Shown: positions 15,748-24,904 of the stretch, piece after piece
Layout: every line of letters starts with the position of its first letter
Position numbering within the stretch: the stretch's first letter is position 1
From: Candidatus Hydrogenedentota bacterium
GTDB taxonomy: Bacteria > Hydrogenedentota > Hydrogenedentia > Hydrogenedentales > SLHB01
DNA: 27,212 bases
Assembly: GCA_034408725.1 (NCBI GenBank)
Contig: JAWXCN010000255.1
Location: 1 to 27,212 of the forward strand
Direction of reading: 5' to 3'
Translations under genes and position numbers: made by a program
The notes under the pieces: model-generated
Database searches by the model: none
Seen by the model: only the letters and a program-made list of their open reading frames with translations
What the model was told of the DNA's origin: nothing

Positions 15748-17175
15748 CTACTTTCCAATGCAGAAACTGGAAAATATCCGGGCCAGCAAGTCCTCGGAAG
15801 TGGTATCGCCCGTGATTTCGCCCAAAGCGTCCAGACTGTCTCGCAGATCAATGCTAAGAAATTCCGGCGACGCGTTGTAATTCGCGAGAAGCCGTTCGAG
15901 AGCAAGCGCGGCGCGACGCGCGCTATCCCGCTGGTGAACGCGCGTGATCAATCCCTGATCAGGCGCGATAGGAGTATCACCGAGCAGTACGCGCGTCATG
16001 GCGTCTTCCAACTCCTGCAATCCTTCACCCGTCTTTGCCGAAACCGGACAAATAGCATGCAGGCCACTTCGCTCTATCATGCCGGCTGCGTTCAGCCTCC
16101 GCACAAGCCAAGACGGAGGTTCTGCCGTCGAAACCAGATCGATCTTGTTCAATGCCGCGATAGTAGGCCTGCCGAACGCGAGAATTTCCGTCGCGAGGGA
16201 AGCGACTTCACTCTCGTCTATCGCCGTCGCGTCCAAAACAAGTAGCACGACATCCGCGTCCTTCACTGCGTCCCGCGCGCGCTCGATGCCGATCCGCTCG
16301 ACTTCATCGCCGGTATCCCGTAGTCCGGCCGTATCGCTGATGCGCACGGGCACTCCGCTGATAGTAAGGGTTTCTTCGAGCCGGTCACGCGTCGTGCCGG
16401 GGACTGCCGTAACAATCGCGCGCGCATCACGGAGCAACGCATTGAACAAACTCGATTTACCAACATTGGGCCGCCCCGCAATTGCCAACCGCGCGCCTTC
16501 GCGATAGAGCCGGCCCGCTTCGGCGGTGGCGATCAATTCGTGCAACCGCGAAAGCACCGCGGTAAGCCGCGCGCGCAACGCTTCATCAACGAGTTCCGGC
16601 AGGTCGTCATCGGGAAAATCGATTGCAGACTCGATGCGCGCCAACGCATCGACCAAGGTGTCGCGCGCTTCATAGATTGATTTGGACAACACGCCGCCCG
16701 CGGCGGCGGATGCCGCGCGCAACGATGCGCTCGTGCGCGCCTGGATGCGGTCAATGACAGCTTCAGCCTGCACGAGATCGATGCGCCCGTTCAGGAAGGC
16801 GCGTTTGGTAAATTCGCCCGGCTCGGCCAGTCGAGCACCATGCTGAAGGACCAGTTCCAACACGGTTTGAAGTGGCCCGGCGCCCCCGTGGCAGTTGATT
16901 TCTACGACATCTTCGGCAGTATAGCTGCGGGGCGCGCGCATGACGTGTACGAGCACTTCATCAATCGTGAAGGTTTCGTTGCAAACGCTTCCATGAAAAA
17001 CCCGGCCTTGCGCCGACCGTATGTCTTTGCCGCGCGACGATGCGAATAGGCGATGCGTGATGGGAACGGCATCCGGTCCACTCAGGCGCACGATTCCAAT
17101 GCCGCCCTCCCCTGGCGGCGTCGAAATCGCGGCAATCGTATCGTCAGGACTCCTGCGGCTCACTGGCCGCGGCAT
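15748..17175 (-). CDS. mnmE: tRNA uridine-5-carboxymethylaminomethyl synthesis GTPase MnmE, 475 aa
   Basis: DTIAAISTPPGEGGIGIVRLSG, EINCHGG, GEFTKRAFLNG, GRPNVGKS, GTTRD, DTAG, NKID and C-terminal FCIGK. ATG 17175 overlaps the end of jag by 32 nt. Confidence 0.97.
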   Translation of the reverse strand: MPRPVSRRSPDDTIAAISTPPGEGGIGIVRLSGPDAVPITHRLFASSRGKDIRSAQGRVFHGSVCNETFTIDEVLVHVMRAPRSYTAEDVVEINCHGGAGPLQTVLELVLQHGARLAEPGEFTKRAFLNGRIDLVQAEAVIDRIQARTSASLRAASAAAGGVLSKSIYEARDTLVDALARIESAIDFPDDDLPELVDEALRARLTAVLSRLHELIATAEAGRLYREGARLAIAGRPNVGKSSLFNALLRDARAIVTAVPGTTRDRLEETLTISGVPVRISDTAGLRDTGDEVERIGIERARDAVKDADVVLLVLDATAIDESEVASLATEILAFGRPTIAALNKIDLVSTAEPPSWLVRRLNAAGMIERSGLHAICPVSAKTGEGLQELEDAMTRVLLGDTPIAPDQGLITRVHQRDSARRAALALERLLANYNASPEFLSIDLRDSLDALGEITGDTTSEDLLARIFSSFCIGK

Positions 17176-18361
17176 CGGGTTGCGGCGCCGCGTCAGGACG
17201 CGGGCCGCCACGTCCGCGGCGGCCGCGACGCGACCTGCGCCGGCCGCGGTCCTCGTTAACACCTTCGGGTCGCTGCGAATGTTCGCCGTTCGATCCTTCC
17301 GACGTCCCGTCCGCCGGAACGTGATTGGCGGATTCACCTATCCCGGATTCGCTCGCCGATTGCTGGAACGGACGCGCGGGGCGGTCTCCGCGATCACCCT
17401 GGGGCCCGCGGCCACGTCCACCCCGGCGGCCGCGTTCGCGCGGCGGGCGGTCTTCACCCGCGCCGGCACGTTCATCTTTCGGAGCGACGACGACAAAGCG
17501 CGCGTTCGCGTCGCCCAGGCTAAAGGTGCGCACCTCCGAATCGGCTTCCAGCGCAACATGAATAATGCGGCGTTCCTGGGGGCTCATCGGTTTCGTGCGT
17601 TGCCGGCGGCCCGATTCCTTGGCACGGGCGGCGAGGCGCGACGCCAGGTCTTCGAGTGCCTCCTGCCGGCGGCCAAGATAGCCTTCGACGTCGATGGTGA
17701 TGTGCTCACCCTCTTCCGCGTCATTCCGATTGACCATCCGGTTGATGAGGTACTGTATCGCCCCAAGACTGCGGCCTTTTCGACCGATCAGTATCGCGGA
17801 GTCTGGCGAAGTGACTTTAAGAATGACTTCGCCGTTCTCTCCCGATTCCCCCGCGACTGTCGCTTCGATGCCCATGCGTTGAAACACTTCGCGCAGCAGG
17901 GCCTCGGCTTCAGCGTCTATCGGACCAGCGGAAGCGGGACGCGGCGCCGCTGGCGGCCTTGGCGCAGGCGCTGGACGTGGCGCGTGCTCCCGGCGAGGCG
18001 CTTGCGCGGGCCGTTGCGGTTGCTGACCCCGCTGCGGCTGTTGTTGCCGTGATGGCTGCTGTTGCCGCTGCTGAGGTGGACGCTGCGAATCCTGGCGCTG
18101 CGGTTGCGGGCGCTGCTGGCGCTGGGGTTGTTGATCAGGTTCCTGGCGGCGCGCCGGCGCAGGCCGCGATGAAACCGGCTCGGGCCCCGGCACTTCGGTG
18201 GATACCCTCAGCTTGACCGGCCGCGCGCCGAGTCCGAACAGACCTTTGCTGCCCTCATCAAGAATCTCGACATAGACTTCATCCCGGTCCACGCCAAGCT
18301 GGGCCAAAGCGTTCGTAATGGCGAGTTCGCGCGACTTCGCGCTTACATCAATCGATCTCAT
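17144..18361 (-). CDS. jag: Jag/EloR/KhpB RNA-binding protein (Jag_N, KH, R3H) with long disordered regions, 405 aa
   Basis: Jag_N motif EILDEGSKGLFGLG, KH motif LIGRKGRSL.AIQYL, DVEGY and R3H motif PMSPQERRIIH. GAGGA RBS before ATG 18361. Canonical position between yidC and mnmE. Confidence 0.93.
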   Translation of the reverse strand: MRSIDVSAKSRELAITNALAQLGVDRDEVYVEILDEGSKGLFGLGARPVKLRVSTEVPGPEPVSSRPAPARRQEPDQQPQRQQRPQPQRQDSQRPPQQRQQQPSRQQQPQRGQQPQRPAQAPRREHAPRPAPAPRPPAAPRPASAGPIDAEAEALLREVFQRMGIEATVAGESGENGEVILKVTSPDSAILIGRKGRSLGAIQYLINRMVNRNDAEEGEHITIDVEGYLGRRQEALEDLASRLAARAKESGRRQRTKPMSPQERRIIHVALEADSEVRTFSLGDANARFVVVAPKDERAGAGEDRPPRERGRRGGRGRGPQGDRGDRPARPFQQSASESGIGESANHVPADGTSEGSNGEHSQRPEGVNEDRGRRRSRRGRRGRGGPRPDAAPQPDAAASEPQES

Positions 18362-18472
18362 GTTCCTCGTCTCCTTGTCGTGCGCATGCCGCTGGACGCT
18401 TAACGCCACCGGTTGCCGCTTCCCCAAGCGGTTGTGCCGGAGTCTCCTGGTAATGGAGACGCAGCGAAAGAC

Positions 18473-20392
18473 TTACCGCTGCTTCGGTTCGTCCTCGGTC
18501 AGTTTGCGCTCTTTACGCTTGCGCTCCTTTTGGTCGCGCTCATTCTGTTTCTTTTTCTGAATTGCCGCTGTATAGAAATGCTGCTTCTTTTTCGGGACTT
18601 TCTTTTCAGGCTTTCCGACATCCTGAAAGTGAAGGACATAGCTCTGCGCAATGCCGAGCAGGGTGCTGGTCAGGATATAGAGGTTCAAACCGGACGCCAG
18701 GGAATAGCAGAACACACTGAACACCACGGGCATCAGGGTCATCATGATTTTCTGTTGCTGATTTTGCATCGGCGCTGACATGGGCGTGAACTTGACGCTG
18801 ATCATCATGGCAAGCGCGCTCAGCAACGGAAGCACGTTGACATATTCGAGGTGATGAAATATCCAAGGTAACTGGCTCAGCGCCGGAATGTGCAGGAGCC
18901 GGTCCGGCTCCGAGAGGTCAGTGATCCACAAGGTAAATGGCGCGCCGCGCAGCTCGTATGCACTCCAAAGCATGCGGTATAGCGCGATGAAGATCGGCAT
19001 CTGAACCAACATCGGCAAACAGCCCGCGACGGGGTTCATGCCGTATTCCCGATACATCTCCATGGTCTTGCGCTGCAATTCCTGCGGATCGCTTGCGTAC
19101 TGCTCCTTGAGCTTTTCCATTTCCGGCGCAAGCATCGTCATGCGCTTCATGGTGCGCATCTGCTTGAGCGTGAGCGGAAACATGACGACGCGGACGACAA
19201 TCGTGAGCAGGATAATCGCGATCCCATAATTGGGAATGATGCCGTAGAACCAGTTCAGCATTTGGAGCAGGAGCTTCGCGAACCAATCGAAAAAGTCCGG
19301 CCACTCGAAAAACTGCAGCCCCGTTGCAAGCGTAGGCCACGCCTCCTGCAAGTTGTCCAAATGGCTCGGGCCAATGTACACGTCAAACGATTGCGTCAGC
19401 GTTTCACCCGGCGCGACCTCGGCCCTCGGCGCGGCCAGCCCGAATCGGAACTCCAGCGGATTCCCAATCGCCATGCCCGTACCCAAACCGTCCTGTGGTT
19501 TCATGGCGACAATGAAATACGCGCTGCGCAAGGCCAGCCAGTTCACGTTCAGGAATCGCTTGGTAAAGTACAGGCTTTCGTCTTCAGGCTCCATGTTGGC
19601 TGTGCCAAGGATTTGCGTGTCGTTTTCGCTGCGCCAGACCAGAGCCTGCTGCACGCCCTTTCCATGGTCCTGCGAATTGACATTGGGCCCCCACGTAAAG
19701 GCAAACGCCGGGTCCTGGTCGCGACCAAGGACGCGCGCCGCCGGCTCAAGGTTCTTATACTCGACAGTCGCGCGGATGACGTGGGGCGCCTCAGAAAATG
19801 CAAACGTTTTGCGCACAGCAAAAGCGTTCGGCAGAGATAGGGCGAATACAACCGATGCGCCGGTCTGCGATTCAACCTCGAACCGGCGGCGATCCAGTTC
19901 GTCATGTAGCGCTTCACTTGAAAACCGCAGTCCAAATGGATAAACCGCTTCCGTGTCAGCAAGCACCGTTTCCGGCACCAACTGCACGCGGTCCGCACCG
20001 TGTTCCCCGACCATCAGGCTTGCCCGCTTGAGCCGTCCGCCAATCCGGGTAAACACGAGTTCCATGTCGTCTTTTTTGATCGTTATTTCATCGGCAGCCG
20101 ATGCGTCTTCTGGTATAGGCGGCAAATAAGGCCAGCCGGAAGCCGATTGGGCAATTGCCACCGGTTCGGCGCCTGGCGGGGAAGCGGGCGCTACGGCGGG
20201 TTCGAGCGCGACACCGCGCGACACCGCGTTCTGCGGGGTCGTCGTGACAGTTTCGACCGCCGGGTCTGGAGCGGGCCGTGGTTGGCCGAAACCGGAATAT
20301 TGCATCCACACGACAAACATCAACACAAACATCACAAAGACGATGAGTTGGTTGCGCGCGGCATCTTTCTCTTGTTGATCGTCGTCGTACAC
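18473..20392 (-). CDS. yidC: Membrane protein insertase YidC, 639 aa
   Basis: N-terminal TM, large periplasmic domain, NYGIAIILLTIVVR, NPVAGCLPMLVQMPIFIALY, WITDLSEPD and SGLNLY. GTG start with GAGGTGA RBS. Confidence 0.96.
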   Translation of the reverse strand: MYDDDQQEKDAARNQLIVFVMFVLMFVVWMQYSGFGQPRPAPDPAVETVTTTPQNAVSRGVALEPAVAPASPPGAEPVAIAQSASGWPYLPPIPEDASAADEITIKKDDMELVFTRIGGRLKRASLMVGEHGADRVQLVPETVLADTEAVYPFGLRFSSEALHDELDRRRFEVESQTGASVVFALSLPNAFAVRKTFAFSEAPHVIRATVEYKNLEPAARVLGRDQDPAFAFTWGPNVNSQDHGKGVQQALVWRSENDTQILGTANMEPEDESLYFTKRFLNVNWLALRSAYFIVAMKPQDGLGTGMAIGNPLEFRFGLAAPRAEVAPGETLTQSFDVYIGPSHLDNLQEAWPTLATGLQFFEWPDFFDWFAKLLLQMLNWFYGIIPNYGIAIILLTIVVRVVMFPLTLKQMRTMKRMTMLAPEMEKLKEQYASDPQELQRKTMEMYREYGMNPVAGCLPMLVQMPIFIALYRMLWSAYELRGAPFTLWITDLSEPDRLLHIPALSQLPWIFHHLEYVNVLPLLSALAMMISVKFTPMSAPMQNQQQKIMMTLMPVVFSVFCYSLASGLNLYILTSTLLGIAQSYVLHFQDVGKPEKKVPKKKQHFYTAAIQKKKQNERDQKERKRKERKLTEDEPKQR

Positions 20393-20454
20393 TCACCTCT
20401 CCGCCGCCGGGACACACTTGTCCCGTGCGAGAGAGCTGTTGCGCGAGAGACGGC

Positions 20455-20664
20455 TCAGGGTACGGGGTCGTAGCCGCCCGCATTAAACGGGTGGCAGCGC
20501 GCAATACGGCAAACGGCGTACCATACGCCGCGGACCGCACCGTACTTCTGAATCGCCTGGACGGCGTAATGGGAACAGGTCGGGGCAAACCGGCAGTTCT
20601 GGCCGAGGAAGGGCGATAAAACAAACTGGTACCCGCGAATAAACGCGATCAGTACCCTACCCAC
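20455..20664 (-). CDS. yidD: Membrane protein insertion efficiency factor YidD, 69 aa
   Basis: [35 protein letters not shown] 20664 follows GAGGTG and overlaps the rnpA stop. Confidence 0.95.
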   Translation of the reverse strand: MGRVLIAFIRGYQFVLSPFLGQNCRFAPTCSHYAVQAIQKYGAVRGVWYAVCRIARCHPFNAGGYDPVP

Positions 20665-21013
20665 TGGCCACCTCGATTTCCTTGAGAAGACGCTGCATCG
20701 CCTGTGCGCACTGTGCATACCCCAGCTTCGCCGCGTACGGCCGCGCCACGACCACCACATGGGTGTCTTCGCAGATCTGGGCGCGGCGCCTCCGGTAAAA
20801 CTCCCGCAAATACCGCTTCACGCGGTTGCGGACCACGGCATTGCCTACTCTGCGCGAAACAGCGAATCCAAACTTCCGGCCCTGACCTTCCCGCCAAAGC
20901 ACATAACAGACGAAAGACGGCCCCACGCTCTTGCGGCCTTGCTCGAAGACCGCGGTGAAATCCCGCTTGCGCGTGAGACGCTCATGCCTTGGAAACGCCT
21001 GTAGGCCCGGCAC
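20657..21013 (-). CDS. rnpA: Ribonuclease P protein component, 118 aa
   Basis: [12 protein letters not shown] and [24 protein letters not shown] (RNR motif). Canonical gene order. Confidence 0.96.
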   Translation of the reverse strand: MPGLQAFPRHERLTRKRDFTAVFEQGRKSVGPSFVCYVLWREGQGRKFGFAVSRRVGNAVVRNRVKRYLREFYRRRRAQICEDTHVVVVARPYAAKLGYAQCAQAMQRLLKEIEVASG

Positions 21014-21033
21014 AACAGCTCGACATCCTCCAG

Positions 21034-21168
21034 TTACGCGGACAAACGCTTCCGGCCCTTCGCACGGCGCCGCTTAATCACGGCACGGCCCGTAGCCGTA
21101 GCCATTCGCTTCAAAAAGCCGTGGTTACGCTTCCGCTTCAATTTCGATGGTTGATAGGTTCGCTTCAC
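21034..21168 (-). CDS. rpmH: 50S ribosomal protein L34, 44 aa (absent from the ORF track)
   Basis: Hand translation from GTG 21168 gives [53 protein letters not shown]. Confidence 0.98.
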   Translation of the reverse strand: MKRTYQPSKLKRKRNHGFLKRMATATGRAVIKRRRAKGRKRLSA

Positions 21169-21260
21169 AGGACTCTCCCTTGATATGCGCCACTCGCGCC
21201 TCAACCGCTACAGCGCGGGCGCCGTCCAAAGCCCCAATCCGGGCTTCGCAGTAAACGGAA

Positions 21261-21290
21261 AGTATAGTATGCGTCCGCGGTTGGAGTCAA
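21261..21290 (-). promoter_or_regulatory. Putative sigma70 promoter of the rpmH operon
   Basis: Minus strand TTGACT (21290-21285), 18-nt spacer, TATACT (21266-21261). Confidence 0.65.
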
Positions 21291-21434
21291 AAGGCTTGTA
21301 TTGAAGGGCGAAGGGACTTGCCAGACATCAAATTACGCGCAAAAAAGCTCTTTTTTCGGGGCTTGACCAATCGCCTTCGTGCGGTAGCGACAGGAAACGC
21401 GCAGACTTCACCACGATTGGAACTTACTCAAACC

Positions 21435-22310
21435 CTAACACGCGCCGCCGGCGGCCATTGCGCCTATCAGGCCGCGTTGTTTTTGAAGTTTCACTTCCGC
21501 CGATGCGATAACAGATTCGTCCAGGTCCAACGCAATTCCGCTGGAAGGCTCGAAGTCGCACGTGGCGTTAGCGTTCATTGAGCGAATGCCGGCGCGGTTG
21601 CACAAACAATCGGCGACGTGCGCGGCATGTGTGAGGAGATGCGCCTGCGGAAGCGCGCTTGGCGCATGGTGCATTTCGATGCTCTCGACGATTGCGGGTG
21701 GAAGGCCCCAGCGCCCGGCAAGCCACGCGCCGATATCGCAGTGCGTGTACCCATCGAGTTCCTCCCGTTCCGCGTCCGTGTGCGAGAACCCTTCATCCTC
21801 GATTAAGCGGTTGATCGCAGCCACCGCGCCGGGGAACTGCTGAATGATGATCGCCTTGCCAATATCGTGCAGCAATCCGGCAACGTGCGCGCCCGCGATT
21901 TGCGGTTTACGCGTGTGCAGCCGTGCCTCGAAGAACCCCGCGACGACGGAGCACGCTAGACTGTGCCGCCAGAGCATGTGCAACGCGCGCGCATTGGACG
22001 GATCGCGCCCAAACATATTGATTACCGAAATCGCTAGCGCGACACGCTCGACCTCGTCAAACCCAAGGATCACTACGGCGTCGGGAATTGTTCGAATCTG
22101 CCGGTGAAGACCGTAATAACTGGAGTTCACCGTGCCGAGAATCTTAAGGGTTAGTGCCTGGTCCGAAGCGACCACGTCCGCCAAATCCAAAGCGGTTGCC
22201 GATTCATCTTGGACGACGGATAGTATCCGGACGAGGGTGGAAGGAAGTGTTGCGACATCGTCGAGCGCCCAAACCCGCTCGCGCACTCCAAGAACCGTGA
22301 GTTGTGCCAT
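21435..22310 (-). CDS. Stand-alone HDOD domain signalling protein, 291 aa
   Basis: DQALTLKIL..VNSSYYG, AVVILG, LWRHSL, AGLLHDIGK and H.DIGAWLA.RWGLP..I...I.MHH. Confidence 0.9.
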   Translation of the reverse strand: MAQLTVLGVRERVWALDDVATLPSTLVRILSVVQDESATALDLADVVASDQALTLKILGTVNSSYYGLHRQIRTIPDAVVILGFDEVERVALAISVINMFGRDPSNARALHMLWRHSLACSVVAGFFEARLHTRKPQIAGAHVAGLLHDIGKAIIIQQFPGAVAAINRLIEDEGFSHTDAEREELDGYTHCDIGAWLAGRWGLPPAIVESIEMHHAPSALPQAHLLTHAAHVADCLCNRAGIRSMNANATCDFEPSSGIALDLDESVIASAEVKLQKQRGLIGAMAAGGAC

Positions 22311-22385
22311 TGAACGAGGCTCCCCGCGAAAAGTTAGCCCCAAAAATTATTTCAGCACCATACCGCTTCTCGATAGCCGCACCAT

Positions 22386-22414
22386 ATTGTAAGTTTGGAG
22401 CATCCAACCGTCAA
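22386..22414 (-). promoter_or_regulatory. Putative sigma70 promoter of the HDOD gene
   Basis: Minus strand TTGACG (22414-22409), 17-nt spacer, TACAAT (22391-22386). Confidence 0.7.
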
Positions 22415-22552
22415 GCACATTCCAGCGGTTGCGTCCGCGCGCGAGGGTAAGACGGTGCGTATCGGCGGGATACGGAGATGCTCGCGTTGGCTCTGGGAAA
22501 ACTCTTACCAGGGGCAAAATCCGTTGAGCCGCGCAACCTTAAACAATCGGAA

Positions 22553-23241
22553 TCATTGCGGAATATGGTGTGCCGATTTTTCGTTTCCGCTCGCGGCGCG
22601 ATCCAACAGCATGTGAACTTCGGTGTCTGTTGTTTGCGAAAAATCTTCGTACCACCAACCAACAGCGTAAAACGGGTCCGGCGTCTTCGCGCATACGATT
22701 TCATCCACATCTTGCTCCAGTTCCGCGCATGTTCCCGGCGCGCCCACCGGCGCGGCCGCAACGATTCTGGCAGGGTGCATCTTGCGAAGCGACGTGACCG
22801 CCGCCCGCATGCTCGAACCCGTCGCCAATCCATCGTCCACAAGAATTACCGTTTTTCCTTCCGGAGAAATCGCGGATCGGGTTCCCCGGTAGGCGCACTC
22901 ACGCCGCTCCAGTTCACGCCGTTCCTTGAGGGCGACGGCCTCGATCTGGGACGCGTCCAGCTCCAAAAGTTGCGTGACATGCCCATTCAACACGCGCACG
23001 CCTCCGCTGGCAATCGCTCCAAACGCCAACTCTTCCTGCCCCGGCACGCCCAGCTTGCGCACGAGAAAAACATCCAGCGGCGCATCCAGTTCGCGTGCGA
23101 CTTCATATGCAACGGGCACGCCGCCGCGGGTAACCCGAGCACCAAAACATCGTCGCGGTCCGCGTATCCGCGAAGTTCGCGGGCGAGGATGCGCCCGCCG
23201 TGAATGCGGTCATGAAAAAGCACGTCAATTCTCTCTTTCAC
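22553..23241 (-). pseudogene. Phosphoribosyltransferase family gene split by a 1-nt deletion (pseudogene or sequence error)
   Basis: The 5' frame reads FHDRIHGGRILA...VLVLGLP. A second frame continues GGVPVAYEVA..LD...VRKLGVPG.EELA.GA..VILVDDGLATG. The conserved LPRGGVPV needs one more base at 23128-23130. Confidence 0.85.
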
Positions 23242-24587
23242 TTAGATGCCAGCGGGTACGTTTCGGCAACGTGGCGTTCTGCGCGCCATTGCACTTCGTG
23301 CAGCGGGTGCAGCGCCTCGGTCATGTCGAAATACAGCAATGCATCGTATCGCCGCGGCAAGATCGAGGGCACGTAGTTGCCCAGCCACTCGAATTCGGGG
23401 TTGTAAACCACGCCAATCGCCCGGTGACCGCGCGCGACCAGCGCCTCGGCCGGTGGATAATTCTTACCGAACACGACCAGTTTGTTTTCCGCGCCCGCCT
23501 CGTGGAGCACATGTTCCCAGCTTCCACTTCTGCCGGGCGGCACCTGCATCCGTTCCATTGGCGCCTCCCACTTCGGGCCCGCGATCACGGCGCCGCGGTG
23601 AGACGCGAAACCAACCAACACGACACCATCATCCGCACGGCGCTCGCGGACCAACTGCCCGATATTCACCTCGCCGCCTTCCAGCATGTCCGTGAATCGG
23701 GCGTCTCCAATATGGGTATTGTGCGCCCACACAATGGCCTTCGATGCCATCCCGTGGTGCGTTATGAGACGATCGAGCGTTTCCATCATGTGACGATTGC
23801 GAATATTCCAGGAACCCGGACCACCGCGGACCATCGCGCGATAGTATGCTTCCGCATTTTTGAGCACGACAGCGTTCTGCTGCGCGGCGAAATAGGTGTC
23901 CCTGCCCTCGGCGAGATAGCTGAGTGAATCGCTCCGCAACGTCTTTAACAGTTCGATGACCTCGTCCTCACACGATTCCGGCACGAACCGCGTTGCCCGC
24001 GCATATTCGTGTACGTCTTCCGAATAGGGTTCAAAACAACGGAACGCGCGCCACGCCGCGTCGCGCAGTGAACCATCAACGCGTTCGAGATACCCGAGAA
24101 TCGAGTGCAGCGATTCCCACAAGCTGTACACGTCCAGCCCATAGAAACCTGCCTTCCGATCCTCCGGAACACCGCGATTGTGCTGCCGCATCCACTCGGC
24201 CATCGCGGCAACTTCATGATTCGCCCACATCCACGTGGGCCAACGCTGGAACGTCTCGAGCACTTCGCGGGCCGTCTCCCCGTATTCGTCGTGGCCCGCA
24301 ACATACCGGTTCACGCGGTAGCAATCCGGCCAATCGCCTTCGACCGCAATAAATGAGAACCCTTTCTCGGCAATCAGCCGGCGGCTGATCGCCGCGCGCC
24401 ACGCATAAAATTCGGCAGTCCCGTGCGAAGCTTCCCCCAGCAACACGAACCGTGCGTCGCCAATCTGTTCAAACAACGGGTCAAGGTCCGCCTCACTGTT
24501 TAGAGGCAGGGAAATTTCCCGCACCCACTCGGTTAATACGCCCTTCGAGTTAATGTCCGTCTCAAAATAACGCGCAGGTTTGGGCAT
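23238..24587 (-). CDS. Erythromycin esterase (EreA/B-like) family protein, 449 aa
   Basis: LLGEASHGTAEFY, AVEGDWPD, WPTWMWAN, FYGLDVYS, WNIR..HM, WAHNTHIGDAR and RAIGVVY. Confidence 0.92.
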   Translation of the reverse strand: MPKPARYFETDINSKGVLTEWVREISLPLNSEADLDPLFEQIGDARFVLLGEASHGTAEFYAWRAAISRRLIAEKGFSFIAVEGDWPDCYRVNRYVAGHDEYGETAREVLETFQRWPTWMWANHEVAAMAEWMRQHNRGVPEDRKAGFYGLDVYSLWESLHSILGYLERVDGSLRDAAWRAFRCFEPYSEDVHEYARATRFVPESCEDEVIELLKTLRSDSLSYLAEGRDTYFAAQQNAVVLKNAEAYYRAMVRGGPGSWNIRNRHMMETLDRLITHHGMASKAIVWAHNTHIGDARFTDMLEGGEVNIGQLVRERRADDGVVLVGFASHRGAVIAGPKWEAPMERMQVPPGRSGSWEHVLHEAGAENKLVVFGKNYPPAEALVARGHRAIGVVYNPEFEWLGNYVPSILPRRYDALLYFDMTEALHPLHEVQWRAERHVAETYPLASK

Positions 24588-24632
24588 ACCAGCATCCTAT
24601 AAACGTTGTGGACAATCGGCGGCGGACCGCAT

Positions 24633-24904
24633 TCAGGTTTCGCCACCGGGATATTTTAGAAACCAATCGCTCGCAAGTTCCGCGGCTTCTTCAAGCTTTC
24701 CGGGCTCTTCGAATAAATGGGTGGCGCCAGGAATGATTGAACGTTTTTTGGAAGTCCGAATCAGATCGAAGGCTTGCTGATTTACCGGAAGGACGTCGTG
24801 GTCTTCACCGCCAACGATAAGCAGTGTTGCCGCCTGCACCGCCGGCAACACTGGCGCAGCCAGGTCCGGACGTCCTCCGCGCGAAACTATTGCCAATACG
24901 TCAT
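24633..24904 (-). pseudogene. C-terminal fragment of a dienelactone-hydrolase-like alpha/beta hydrolase
   Basis: AIVSRGGRPDLA..TLLIVGG.D..V..IPGATHLFEEPG.LE..W is present. The N-terminal half, including the GxSxG nucleophile elbow, is missing. The RBS-ATG at 24915-24902 is out of frame (MTYWQ*). Confidence 0.82.

Noticed and set aside
17021..18052. 343-aa plus-strand ORF
   Set aside because: It is antisense to jag and mnmE, Arg/Ala-rich with no motifs, and typical of a high-GC shadow ORF.
21341..21356. AAAAAAG-CT-CTTTTTT palindrome as the HDOD terminator
   Set aside because: It has no GC-rich stem, so it is too weak to call. It could be a bend or binding site upstream of the rpmH promoter.
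22926..23927. 333-aa plus-strand ORF (also 22478-23203)
   Set aside because: It is an antisense shadow of the esterase and PRTase genes.
23238..24587. Macrolide resistance gene (and vancomycin resistance for VanZ at 13047-13436)
   Set aside because: Both belong to broad families whose members are mostly not resistance determinants, and there is no resistance cassette or mobile context.
24607..24615. DnaA box-like TTGTCCACA marking oriC
   Set aside because: It is a single mismatched copy in a 45-bp spacer, with no cluster and no unwinding element.
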